Program-made: the position numbers and the translations under genes | The notes under the pieces: generated by a model | What the model saw: only the letters and a program-made list of their open reading frames with translations | Databases searched by the model: none | Told to the model about the DNA's origin: nothing | Assembly: GCF_964213995.1 (NCBI RefSeq) | Contig: NC_135825.1 | Span: 12,772,001-12,836,000 of the forward strand | Direction of reading: 5' to 3' | Source: Mustelus asterias | Lineage: Eukaryota | Length of the DNA: 64,000 nt | Part shown: piece by piece, positions 26,130 to 37,745 of the stretch | How positions within the stretch are numbered: position 1 is the stretch's first letter | Layout: each line of letters opens with the position of its first letter

Positions 26130-26710
26130 TTGATTTTGATTTGATTTATTATTGCCACATATATTAGTATACAGCGAAAATTATTGTTTCTTGCATGTTA
26201 TACAGACAAAACATACCATTCATAGAGAAGGGAAGGGGAGGGTGCAGAATGTAGTGTTACAGTCATAGCTAGGGTGTAGAGAAAGATCAACTTAATGCGA
26301 GTAGGTCCATTCAAAAGTCTGACAGCGGCAGGGAAGAAGCTATTCTTGAGTCAGTTGGTACGTGACCTCAGGCTTTTGCATCTTTTTCCCAAAGGAAGAA
26401 GGTGGAAGAGAGTATGTCCGGGGTGCCTGGGGTCCTTGATTATGCTGACTGTTTTCCCGAGATAGCGGAAAGTGCAGACAGAGTCAATGAATGGGAGGTT
26501 AGTTTGCGTAATGGACTGGCCTTGATTCATGATCCTTTGTCATTTCTTGCGGTCTTGGGCAGAGCAGGAGCCATACCAAGCTGTGATACAATCAGAAAGG
26601 ATGCTTTCTATGGTGCATCTGTAAAAGTTGGTGAGAGACGTAGCTGACATGCCAAATTTCCTCAGGCTTCTGAGAAAGTAGAGGCATTGGTGGGCTTTCT
26701 TAACTAAATG
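26130..26710 (-). mobile_element. Rex1/Babar-like LINE 3' fragment (also 35360-35730 minus, 53565-53715 plus)
   Basis: KKAHQCLYFLRSLRKFGMS..LTNFYRCTIESILSDCITAWYG; (AAATC)n tail. Confidence 0.75.
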
Positions 26711-29077
26711 TTGGACATCAACGAACACCAAAGAAGGCAGCATTTGTGGAGGGACCCCGTGATCAACACTACAGATAAAATATTAATATGAATATAATAA
26801 ATAACGCTGAAAACATTCAATTTGTTCAGCCCAAGTAGGGGAGCATCTCAATGAGATGGGATGTCACTATGGGTGTATCACCAGTGCCTGCTAGCAAAAC
26901 ACTGTCAGAAACATGCTCAAAGGTGAGGGGTGGTGCAGGGGGTAGTTTGGTTGGTACGGTGGATGGGAGGAAACCAGGTTGATTTTCATGTTTAGACCCC
27001 AGCATTGGCACTTACCTGTGCTTCTACGCCTCACCAGACTGGCCAACATCGATGGGAGAGACGAGGAAATAGGTACCCTGATGATCAAATTTGAATACAA
27101 ACGGAGGACACAGGTGAAGTTCCAGCAAGCCTCACCAACTCCAAATCAGGGAATGAGGAGGTCCAAGAGGGAGAGAGAACAAACCCCTACCTGCTCTAAC
27201 CCCAGCTCCCCTGACTGAACCTCTAACTCACCTTCTCTCCAGTAGTCATTGTGATGTTACTGTGCCTTTAAGAAATGCATTTGTGTCATGTTTCTTGTGC
27301 AGAATTTTTTGAACATTCAGTTCTATTCGCCCGGTGCCGCTTTGTCTGTAACCGGCAGCCCCTATTTATACTGCAGAACCATAATTGGTCCTACTTGCTG
27401 AAATGTTTGTTTAATCTGGGCTAATGCAGTGTTGTTGTTTTCTCCTGGGGTTTTCAGAGTAGGGCTTGATTAGGTTGATTGACAGGAAAAATCATGTGAC
27501 TGGGTTTTAAAGAGGGTGTTAAATGGGGAGCGTTGGTGAGCAGGAGGGGTTTGGTAATGGAGTTTCAGAGTGTTGGATCCAATTCAGAACACGGCCATTA
27601 ACGTTGGGGCGAAGGGAGAATCCAATGCACTTGTTTCAGGTGAATGAAGAGTTAGCTCCTTCAGGGAGGGGGTTAGTGGAATCTTGGAGAACATTACAGG
27701 AATGTAAACAGATGAGTATAGCTTGCATAATCTAGAGGGCCACATGGCACTCACTCCTGTCACCTAGGGAAAGATCCCTTTAAATAAAGACAGAAACCAG
27801 AGTATCAGTCTTAACCAGCCAGGAAGTCAGCTCATTCTATCTCCGCCAATTTGGCCGAGTGAAAATCATCCTCAGGTTAAATCATTTCAGTTTAAGCCCA
27901 TTGGCAAAATTGTATTTCATTCAGAGAATAATAATGAAGATAAACTTACAGCTCATGTGGAATGCAAGGTTAATATGAATGTCACATCATTAGATTTTAA
28001 CCTGCAAAGATCATTTTAATGATGAGTTTCTTAGCTGGCTGACTGGCTGTTTCCTTCAATGGGTTCTATGTGCTCAGCTCACACTTTTCAATGTGATTTT
28101 TTGTGGTATAAGGATTTGGCACAAATAGAGTCACAATGGAACTGAATACAATACCGCCACATACTGACTTTTCTTCCAAACTTTATTCCTTTCTCAGGGT
28201 TACAAAGCCAATGCTCAGAGTGGACAGGGCCATCCATCTCCTTGCTTGTTCCAAAAAACAATTACAATTCAAATTGAATCCAATTCATGGTCTCCTGGAA
28301 AGGGACATCGTAGACCCAAGCTGACAAGAACAGACATTGCACCTGATCTCAGGCTTGATCCTAGCCAAAAGGCATAATGATGACCCAAGCTCAGCGGTGT
28401 TGAGCAGAGATCATAGACTCAAAGAATCCCTACAGTACCGAAGGCCATTTGGCCCATCGAGTCTGCACCAACTTTCCAACAGAGCTTTCCAACATTTACC
28501 CTAGCTAGTCCCCCCAACACCAAGGGGTAATTTAGCATGGTCAATCCAGCTAAGCCGCGTATCTTTGGACTATTGAGTTGTTGAACTCAATGTTCAGCCC
28601 AGAAGGAGAATGTGCAAACTCCACACAGACAGTGACCCAAGCCGGGAATCGAACCCAGGTCCCTGGAGCTGTGAAGCAGCAGTGCTAACCACTGTGCTAC
28701 CGTGCCACCCTTGCAGTTAACTAATGGAAGAATATAGAGTCTTCTTGAAAACTAACACTTTTCCAACAGTTCTACCTTTGCAGCTCCATCACAAAAAAAA
28801 GAAGCTCCTTTTGTCAATTAAAGTTACTATAATGGTTCTACCGATCAACTGGATGATGATTTTTGATTTTTATACATCATCTGCGTGAGCAAGAGGGTTT
28901 GGAGTCGAGTGCTAAGGTCCACAAATCTCATACTGACTCACTTCTCATACTTCAAGCATCGTTCTGAAACGTACTGGATCGACCTCAGCCGCTTTCAATG
29001 TCACAGGTTCTCCAGACATATCCGTCATGTTGCTCAGTAGAAGGAAGATTCACATACCCAATGGCCCCATGACATAG

Positions 29078-29218
29078 TAAGAAGTCTCACAACACCAGGT
29101 TAAAGTCCAACAGGTTTATTTGGTAATGGCTTGTGCTACCAAATAAACCTGTTGGACTTTAACCTGGTGTTGTGAGACTTCTTACTGCGCTTACCCCAGT
29201 CCAACGTCGGCATCTCCA
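29078..29218. mobile_element. Short PLE inverted-terminus insertion (hammerhead deleted)
   Basis: TSD CCCCAYGACATAG (29065-29077 / 29219-29231); same terminus as the other family members. Confidence 0.78.
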
Positions 29219-29699
29219 CCCCACGACATAGCCCAGTGTCTCGGTATTGGCATCCGAACAAAGTAGAGCAGACTGCACAGGCTGACTTCAACATGAATGA
29301 AAAACAGAAAGTGCTGGACATGCAGACTCTGCACAGACAGTGACCCAAGCCGGGAATCTAACCTGGGTCCCTGGCGCTGTGAGGCCATGATGTGGAGACG
29401 CCAGCATTGGACTGGGGTCAGCACAGTAAAGAAGTCTCACAACATCAGGTTAAAGTGCGACCAAATAAACCTGTTGGACTTTAACCTGGTGTTGTGAGGC
29501 TTATTACTGTGGCAGCAGTGCTAACCACTGTTCTCCTGTCCATATCAGAATTTGTTGCTGCAGCCAAGATTGGAACCAATTGAACTGAAATGAGGCAAAT
29601 CTGAGGTTAAAAGAATAAACTGGGAACAAGAAGGGAAAGTGCAGCAGCTGAAAGTGTTTCTTTGAAATGAAAAGCCTCGAGCAGCATGTTTTGTGCGTT

Positions 29700-30900
29700 T
29701 GTCACCACTAGAGGGTGGAGTGGCTCGATTCAATGTGAACTCATTTGTGGAAGTGGAGGATTGAACTCAGCAAAGGTTACCAGCCCCAACAACAGAGCAG
29801 CTTCAAGCAATAACTAGCCCGGTGGGACTCACTGTGAGGAAATGGGCACAACACACTGAGGAACTAGAAATACTGGCTGAGGAACTTGGCCTCAACTGGA
29901 ACAGGCAGAAGACACAAGCCTGACACGGACCAGGTTACCCTCGGCAAGATTCAGCTGGAGGAGCAGAGGCAAGAGTTAGAGTTTCAGGCAGGGAAGGAAA
30001 AGGGGGATTCCAGGAAAGAGAGTTGGAGTGAGCCTTCCCGCTGGAGAAGCTTGAGGATGAATTACAAGCACCAAACGAGAGGGAACCAAAGCAGATTGAA
30101 GCAGCTTTGGAGAAATTGTCTTTATCCAGGAGAGACACCGCTTGATTGGCACCACATCCACAAACACCCACTCCCCCCAACACCGACGCTCAGTAGCAGC
30201 AGTGTGTACCATCTACACAATACACTGCAGCAATTCACCAAGGATCCTTAGACAGCACCTTCCAAACCCATGACCACTTCCATCTAGAAGGACAAGGGCA
30301 GCAGATACATGGGGAAAACCACCGTCTGTAAGTTCCCCTCCAAGTCACTCACCATCCTGACTTGGAAATATATCGGCCGTTCCTTCGCAGTCGCTGGGTC
30401 AAAATCCTGGAATTCCCTCCCGAACGGCATTGTGGGTCAACCCACAGCACGTGGACTGCAGCGATTCAAGAAGGCAGCTCACCACCACCTTCTCAAGGGC
30501 AACTCGGGATGGGCAATAAATGCTGGCCAACCAGCGACACCCTTGTCCCACGAATGAATTAAAGAAAAGACACCACTGGTAATTTAAACCCCCCGGAGCT
30601 CAGAGACACACTTTGACCTCTCGAAGTATTTCTGATTCACCCCCAGGTTTGACGATGATGCTGTGGAAACCTCCTTCACAGCCTTCGAGAAGCTGGCTGA
30701 TTGGTTAAAGTGGGTGGCAGAGACTTGGACTCTCCTGATGCAGGTTGGCTAGTTGGCGAAGTGCCCACAGTTTATTCCAGACTGCCTGCAGAATGCTCTG
30801 CAAGATATCAACATCAGTGAAGAGCTAGATTGAGCTGATCAGTTAGTAACAGAAGCACCATCAGAGATTTAGGAATTGTTGCAAAAAATCCACGCGACCG
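29700..30900 (+). mobile_element. Degraded Gypsy gag-like remnant (also 56790-58800)
   Basis: PRFDDDAVETSFTAFEKLADWLKWVAETWTLLMQ and, in copy B, LSEIILLQDFKN...HVEEQ...ELIH resemble vertebrate Gypsy gag; interrupted by LINE/SINE insertions. Confidence 0.55.
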
Positions 30901-30944
30901 TCTTTGAATTTGAAAGAATTAAACTGTTGGCATTTGTTTAAAGC

Positions 30945-31415
30945 TATTTATTAATGTCACAAATTGGCTTACATTAACACTGCAATGAACTTACAGTGAA
31001 AATTCCCCAGTCGCCACACTCCGGCACCTATTCAGATACACTGAGGGAGAATTTAACATAATGGACCTAACCAACACGTCTTCTGGAGTGTGGAAGGAAA
31101 CCGGAGCACCCGGAGGAAACCCGCGCAGACACAGGGAGAATGTGCAGACTCCGCACAGATAGTGACCCAAGCCCGGAATCGACTTGGATCACTGTCTCTG
31201 CGGAGCCTGCATGTTCTCGCTGTGTCTGCGTGGGTTTCCTCGGTTCTCTAGTTTCCCCCCACAGTCCGAAGGACATGCTGGTTCGGTGCATTGGCCATGG
31301 TAAATTCTCCCTCAGATTACCTGAACAGGAGCCAGAGTGTGGCGACGAGGGGGTTTTCACAGCAACTTCATTGCATTGTTAGTGTAAGCCTACTTGCGAC
31401 ACTAATAAATAAAGA
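30945..31415. mobile_element. Two head-truncated V-SINEs in inverted orientation
   Basis: Minus copy 30945-31180 abuts plus copy 31185-31415; both have the alternative GTAAGCCTACTTGTGAC-type tail. Confidence 0.8.
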
Positions 31416-31714
31416 TTAAAACTTAGACATTTGTGACCATGGCAAAAAACAACTTGACTCCTTCAAATAAAAATATCAAGAAAGTTTATCTATTTTTTAT
31501 TAGAATAAAAGGAGTTTGCACACAATTTCTGGAGGCGGTACAAAGCATTTCAGATTGTCATAAAGTATAAAATACTGCAATATTGCAAAGTAACTTCCAA
31601 AAGCAAGTGGGAATATTCTGGATATTCGTGTAGGAATTAGTCAATCTTCCGAGCAATCTTCGAATCAAGCTCTGATCCATTTATGTTCTGTGGTTGAGGT
31701 TTCCACATAACCCA

Positions 31715-31764
31715 TCATTTGCTCACCTGGGGAGCTGAAGGAGAAATTAATTTAAGCAACTGGA
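31715..31764 (-). CDS. Gene 2: candidate terminal exon (short tail VQLLKLISPSAPQVSK*)
   Basis: Pyrimidine-rich acceptor tttcacttcatccattttcgacag|, phase 1, open to TGA; minus-strand AATAAA at about 31496-31501. Alternative: the TM exon is terminal. Confidence 0.4.
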
Positions 31765-32164
31765 CTGTCGAAAATGGATGAAGTGAAATACTTTGAGAGA
31801 CACTGGCAAAAAAATAGGCGAAGGAATGGTTGGGGATATCCTCACATAATTGCTGAAGCGTGTTTGCCATAATCACAAACAGTGATATTGTTCAAGTTTC
31901 CTGAGGTAGGGGGAACTTTCTATTTTGCGTGCGGTGCCCATAGCTCTGGCGCCCATCTTGGGGTTCCAGGTTCTACAATGCAATATACTGGGCGGGATTT
32001 TCCGGCCGCACTCGCCCCAAGACCGGAAAATCCCGCCCGAAGTCAGTGGCCATTTGCCCCTCACCTGTTCCGATTTCCACGGCGGGCCAGACGGAAAAAT
32101 TCCACCAACTGTTTCTGATCCAGGAACACTGCTGGTGTTCATTTATCCATGTTCCAGGCCATTG

Positions 32165-32530
32165 AGTCATCTTGGATTCTTAAGGGGCTTGACAGGGTAA
32201 ATGCTGAGAGAATGCTTCCCATCATGGGAGAGTCTAGGGCCAGAGGGCACGGTCTCAGAATAAAGGGGCACCAATTTAAGACTGAGATGAGGAGGAATTT
32301 CTTCTCTCAGAGGGCTGTGAGTCTTTGGAGCTCCTTGTCACAGAGAGCTGTGGGGGCAGAGTCCTTGTGTATATTTAAGACCGAGATAGATAGATTTTTG
32401 ATCAGTAAAGGAATTATGGGTTACGGGGAAGGGCAGGAAATGGGATCAGCCATGATCCTGTTGATTGGTGGAGCAGGCTTGAGGGGCCGAACAGCCTTCT
32501 CCTGTTCCTGTTTCTTATGGTCTTATGGCC
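32165..32530 (+). mobile_element. CR1 3' fragment (also 62935-63305)
   Basis: ILKGLDRVNAERM...RGHGLRIKG...NFFSQR. Confidence 0.85.
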
Positions 32531-32879
32531 ACCTTTGTCCACAAGCGTGCATTTTAAATAAACATTGAATGAAACTGAGTGCTTTGTATCCACTGCCTAC
32601 TTGGAATTTTCCCATCTTGGACTCCCACGTGTAAACTAAAAACTGCAGATGAACTGACAGTTTATCCTTTCTATTAACAAACATAAAATTCACTCCAGCA
32701 GTTCTTGTTCTAACACTGGCCTGGTGATAATGGTTCATTCGGTTCGATTTCTCGAGTAGGAATCATTTTCTTGTGGATTTTTTTGCTGTGTTTTTTCAGC
32801 AACTTTCAAAGTGCCTAAGCTTTAAGATTGAAGTTAAATATCTATAAATATTAGAGGAAACAGATTTAAAATATTATAC

Positions 32880-32986
32880 CTGGGTCTTTTGCAAAATGTG
32901 CATAGCATGTGACTGAAACAGTGCAAGCAACCAGAGCACTCAAGAGCAGCCAGCGGAATATCGCCCATATCTCCAACAGAACGTCT
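32880..32986 (-). CDS. Gene 2: transmembrane exon with intramembrane Arg
   Basis: Acceptor ttttgtcag|, phase 2. Encodes DVLLEIWAIFRWLLLSALVACTVSVTCYAHFAKDP, followed by possible donor G|gtataa; read-through gives GIIF* at 32866. Confidence 0.85.
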
Positions 32987-34035
32987 CTGACAAAACAAGG
33001 AGCTATAATTAATACCAGATAACTTATCTCAAAGTTTATGTGATAAACTTGTGTGATAAACACGGTGGCACAGTGGTGCTTTATCCTTTTTTACCTCAAG
33101 TGCTATTGGGGTCATGCTCACACACATTCATGGTGGCACAGTGGTTACCACTGCTGCCTCACAGCACCAAGGACCCGGGATCAATTCCCGGCTTGGGTCA
33201 CTGTCTGTTGAGTTTGCCCGTTCTCCCCGTGTCTGCGTGGGTTTCCTTCAGGTACTCTGGTTTCTTCCCACAGTCCAAAGATATGCAGGTTGTGTGGATT
33301 GGCCATACTATAATTGCCCCTTAGTGTCCAACGGTGTGCAGGTTAGACAGATTGTCCATGGTAGATGAATGGGTTTATGGGGATAGGGCAGAGAGTCGGT
33401 GCTGATTTGATGGGCCGAATGGAGTTTTCTGTGCTGCAGAAATTCTATGACCATATTCAACCCCCCAAAATGTGTGCAACATCATATTGAAAGCACAGAC
33501 AGTTTGGACAAGCTGTGGGCTGATTTACAACGTGTAATCACATTGCGGAGTTATTGGGGTGTGTGTGCACAGGGAAAATATCTCCAACAGATTGACCCAA
33601 CTTGAGGAATTCATTTACTTACTCCTGAGCTGAGAGCTGGGCAATGTTCTGGTGAGATTACATCTCGTTGTTGACGATACTTTGCAGCAACTTTCTGAGG
33701 CTTCTTCAACATGACCTTCCAAACCTGTGACCATCGCCATTTACAGAGACAAGGGCAGCAGGCATGACAGCGCCACCTGTAATTCCCCTTTTAACTCCCA
33801 CGCTAACTTGAATTGGAAGTGTATCACGGTTTCCTCACCTTTTCTGGGTCAAAACCCTCTCCACTGAATAACATTGTGGGTGCACCGACATCACATGGAC
33901 AGCAGGGGTTGAAAGTTGGCAACTTACCAACTCTTTCTCAAGGGCAATTAGGGATTGGGAATAAATGCAGGCTCTGTCAGCAGCGCCCACATCCCGGGAA
34001 TGAATGAAACACCGGGCTGAGGTGACGGGTGTTCC

Positions 34036-34745
34036 ATGGAGGAGCAGAGGGATCTAGGTGTATGTGTGCATAGATCCCTGAAAGTTGGGAATCAAGTAGA
34101 TAAGGTTGTTAAGAAGGCATATGGTGTCTTGGCGTTTATTGGTAGGGGGATTGAATTTAGGAGTCGTAGCGTTATGTTGCAACTGTACACAACTCTGGTG
34201 CGGCCGCACTTGGAGTACTGTGTGCAGTTCTGGTCCCCACATTACAGGAAGGATGTGGAGGCTTTGGAGAGGGTGCAGAGGAGGTTTACCAGGATGTTGC
34301 CTGGTATGGAGGGGAGATCCTATGAGGAGAGGCTGAGGGATTTGGGATTGTTTTCGCTGGAAAGGCGGCGGCTAAGAGGGGATCTTATTGAAACATATAA
34401 GATGATTAGAGGTTTAGATAGGGTGGATAGTGATAGCCTTTTTCCTCTGATGGAGAAATCCAGCACGAGGGGGCATGGCTTTAAATTGAGGGGGGGTAGT
34501 TATAGAACCGATGTCAGGGGTAGGTTCTTTACCCAGAGGGTGGTGAGGGATTGGAATGCCCTGCCAGCATCAGTAGTAAATGCGCCTAGTTTGGGGGCGT
34601 TTAAGAGATCCGTAGATAGGTTCATGGACGAAAAGAAATTGGTTTAGGTTGGAGGGTCACAGTTTTTTTTTTTAACTGGTCGGTGCAACATCGTGGGCCG
34701 AAGGGCCTGTTCTGCGCTGTAATGTTCTATGTTCTATGTTCTATG
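34036..34745 (+). mobile_element. Young CR1 3' fragment, near-identical to 962-1678
   Basis: The 203-aa ORF differs from the C-terminus of the 1067-2182 ORF at only 2 residues (apart from the first); same 3' UTR and tail. Confidence 0.97.
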
Positions 34746-35048
34746 AAGGAATCAGCAGAAAGTTGCAATGCGATCCTCACATATTATTGTACTGAATGAT
34801 TATTGCCAGGACATGCAAGAACTTTACTCCCTGACTTCGATGTTGTGTGTCTTAAATGGGAAGACAATCAATGGAAGAATCCTGAGGAAAAATATGGCAC
34901 CAAGATTGCCGCTATCTGGACTGTGGTAATATAAAGACATTGCATTGCTCACCATGACTTGTGAGGGAAGCTGGATTATCTATCAACTGTGGCTTCATTC
35001 AAAATGGCTCAACAATTGTTATTTATAAGATGCAAATTCAAATCTTAC

Positions 35049-35079
35049 CTTGAGGTATTGTTGGAAACTTCTGAATTTC
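35049..35079 (-). CDS. Gene 2: 31-nt stalk micro-exon
   Basis: Acceptor acaatag|, donor AG|gtaaga, phase 1 to 2. Encodes GNSEVSNNTSR; the only exon I found that links D2 (phase 1) to the TM exon (phase 2). Confidence 0.72.
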
Positions 35080-36424
35080 CTATTGTAGCAAATAAACATG
35101 AATGAATAATTCAATGAAGAACTGATAACCACCACAATTCTCTTCAGTAGACAGTACTTATAGAAAGTGAGCCTGGGTGTTGTGAGTGGGGGAATGGCAG
35201 GTTGGTGGTGGGGGGCGCAGGGGTTTAATTCATTCTGAAAACTGGCTGGTTAAGTTTCCTTACATCAATTGGTCAAATACAGGATGAATGAACAGTGATT
35301 TTTTGAATGGACTTCTGTGTCCTTAACTAACATATTGAAAAATGAGCTGAGGAGAAGGTTTTGATTTGATTTATTATTGTCACATGTATTAGCATGCAGT
35401 GAAAAGTATTGGTTCTTGCGCGCTGGACCGACAAAGCATCCCTAACATGGTGACAGGAAGGAGAGAGTGTAGAATGTAGTGTTACAACCATTGCTCAGGT
35501 GTAGAGAAAGATCATCTTAATACGAAGTAGGTCCATTCAAAAGTCTGATGGCAGCAGGGAAGAAGCTGTTCTTGATTCGGCTGGTATGTGATCTCAGACT
35601 TTTGTATTTTTTTCCCGATGGAAGAAGGTGGAAGAGAGAATGCCCGGGGTGCGTGGGGTCCTTGATAATTCTGGCTGCTTTTCCGAGGCAGCGGGAAGTG
35701 CAGACAGAGTCAATGGGTGGGAGGCTGGTTTTCTGAGGGGGTTTCACAAGGGGCTAATAGTGTTGGAAAGACAATATTCTGTGAGGTATAGCATAAACTT
35801 TCAATGTAGTTTTATTATTCGTGGTTGTTATTCGTATCAGTGAAAATTTCTAAACTCTTTACCCAGAGAGTGGTTAGAAGGTGGAACTTGTTCAATGTGG
35901 AATTGGGTGGAATCGCTCAAATCCAGTCCTGCTGGATTTCAGACCTTGCTGGAATGCGGTCGGTTGGTTCAGGCCACGGGTGGTTCATGTCTCTCTGGGT
36001 CGGCTGGTGTAAGGGTCACTTTGAGTGGCGGAGAGAGTGGAATATGAAGCGATGAAGCCGGTAACTAGTCGAGAGCTACATGACGGCCAACACAGTGCCG
36101 AGGCAGAATTGTCCAGGTAAGTTTAAAAAAACACTCGGTTAAAATTGGTGCACGGAGCATCTTAAAGATGTCCAGCTTATGGACATTGCTGGTTTTTGGT
36201 CAGTGAATGTGAGATATTCTGAAGGAATACTCTTGCTCCCATTTCCTATGTTTCTGTGTTTACCTGCACCATAAGGTGCAGTTGTGGCAAATATTGTCGA
36301 TACTTTTCGGGGGAATCGAGAGGAACTTACTGGGGAAAAGAATAGAAGGATATGCTGCAAGATTGAGATGAAATAGGGTGATAGCCTTGTGTAAAACATG
36401 AACAACAGCATTGACCAATTGTTC

Positions 36425-36745
36425 AAAGAATCATAGAATCCCCACAGGACAGAAGGAGGCCATTTGGCCCATCGAGTCTGTACTGACCACAATCCCACCG
36501 AGGCCCTATTCCCATAACCTATATTAACCCTGGTAATTCCCCTGATGCTTGGGTCAATTTAGCATGGCCAATCAACCTAACCCGCACATCTTTGGAGTGT
36601 GGGAGGAAACCGGAGCACCCGGAGGAAACCCACACGGACACTGGGAGAATGTGCAAACTCCACACAGACAGTGACCCGAGGCTGGAATGGAATCCGGGCC
36701 CCTGGTGCTGTGAGGCAGCAGTGCAAACCACTCTGCACCACCATG
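36425..36745 (-). mobile_element. HE1-like V-SINE
   Basis: Complete head, core and tail. Confidence 0.88.
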
Positions 36746-36818
36746 CCAGCCTCTGTTATTGTTTTGTGAGTTTTATACAATACTGATTGAATTATAATAA
36801 TTTTATATTGATCCTTAC

Positions 36819-37145
36819 CTTCAGTAATTGTCAAGTTTTTGATCGCTACGATCTTTATGTCATTGATTTTTTCTGCTCCACACCAATACTCTCCTTCATC
36901 GCCTTTGTCTATGTTAGTCATGGTAACGGTAAAATTATGAGAATTATTAATAGTGATTGAAACGTTCCCATTATTCCGATTCTCTGTAACTCCATCAGAG
37001 CTGGCAATAATAATACATTTATTTACAGAGGTTGCTTTACACAAGAATTTCTTATAGAGTCTCTCCTTCTCCGTGAACAGACACGGTATAATGGTGGCAT
37101 TTCCCACAACACCACTGACCTCTGATAGGATTGGTTCCCATCTAC
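36819..37145 (-). CDS. Gene 2: membrane-proximal Ig V exon D2
   Basis: Acceptor atcaacag|, donor G|gtaagg, phase 1-1, 327 nt. GRWEPILSEVSGVVGNATIIPCLF...YKKFLCK...KC...FTVTMTNIDKGDEGEYWCG...NLTITE. Confidence 0.9.
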
Positions 37146-37745
37146 CTGTTGATAAATGAGAAAAAGAGTTTTGAAAAGTTCAAAATGGTGAAAAACTGAA
37201 CATTTTTCATTGCCCAAAACATGATAAATTAACCAAACATTGAAAATGTCAACAATATTTTCTGTTTTTAAAGTACGAAAAGGATTATAGTCATAAAATG
37301 CAGTGTAATTGTTAAATGCTCCTGTATTCAATTCTTGCTCATTCTAAACACTTCATTTAAAATTTCAGAGGTGTCTGGGTCTAAGGTTAATAAAAACCAT
37401 TTCTATTTTCTGCAGCTGCAATGAAATTGCTCAGCATGTCTGGGTGAATTTCCAAAGTTGATGGATGGTATCCAACTCCAGGCCTGTTCTTCATGAACTG
37501 GGTCTAGTTTTGGATGAACACTACAGACTTACAAGTAACATGAGTTTGTTACTTGTAGGTCAAATGGAGTTTGAATCTTCATTGCAAAGTATACCCACTG
37601 TGCTGTTAGGGTGGGCATTCCAGGATTTTGACACAGCGACAGTAAAGGAACAGCAATACATTTCCAAATTAGGATGCTGAGTGGCTTGGAGGGGAGCCTC
37701 CAGGTGAAAGGTGTTCCCAGATTTTTGTTGCTCTTGTCCTTCTAG

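Larger units (their letters stand above)
29316..33330 (+). repeat. Segmental duplication copy A (paralogous to 56403-58230 plus 62205-64000)
   Basis: Long near-identical alignment visible by eye, including unique sequence and the TM exon; paired ORFs such as 29545-29733 and 56632-56820. Confidence 0.95.

Noticed and set aside
32601-32642. Extra 42-nt cytoplasmic exon of gene 2
   Set aside because: Weak acceptor context. Conservation in the paralog is explained by recent duplication, so it cannot be supported without RNA data.
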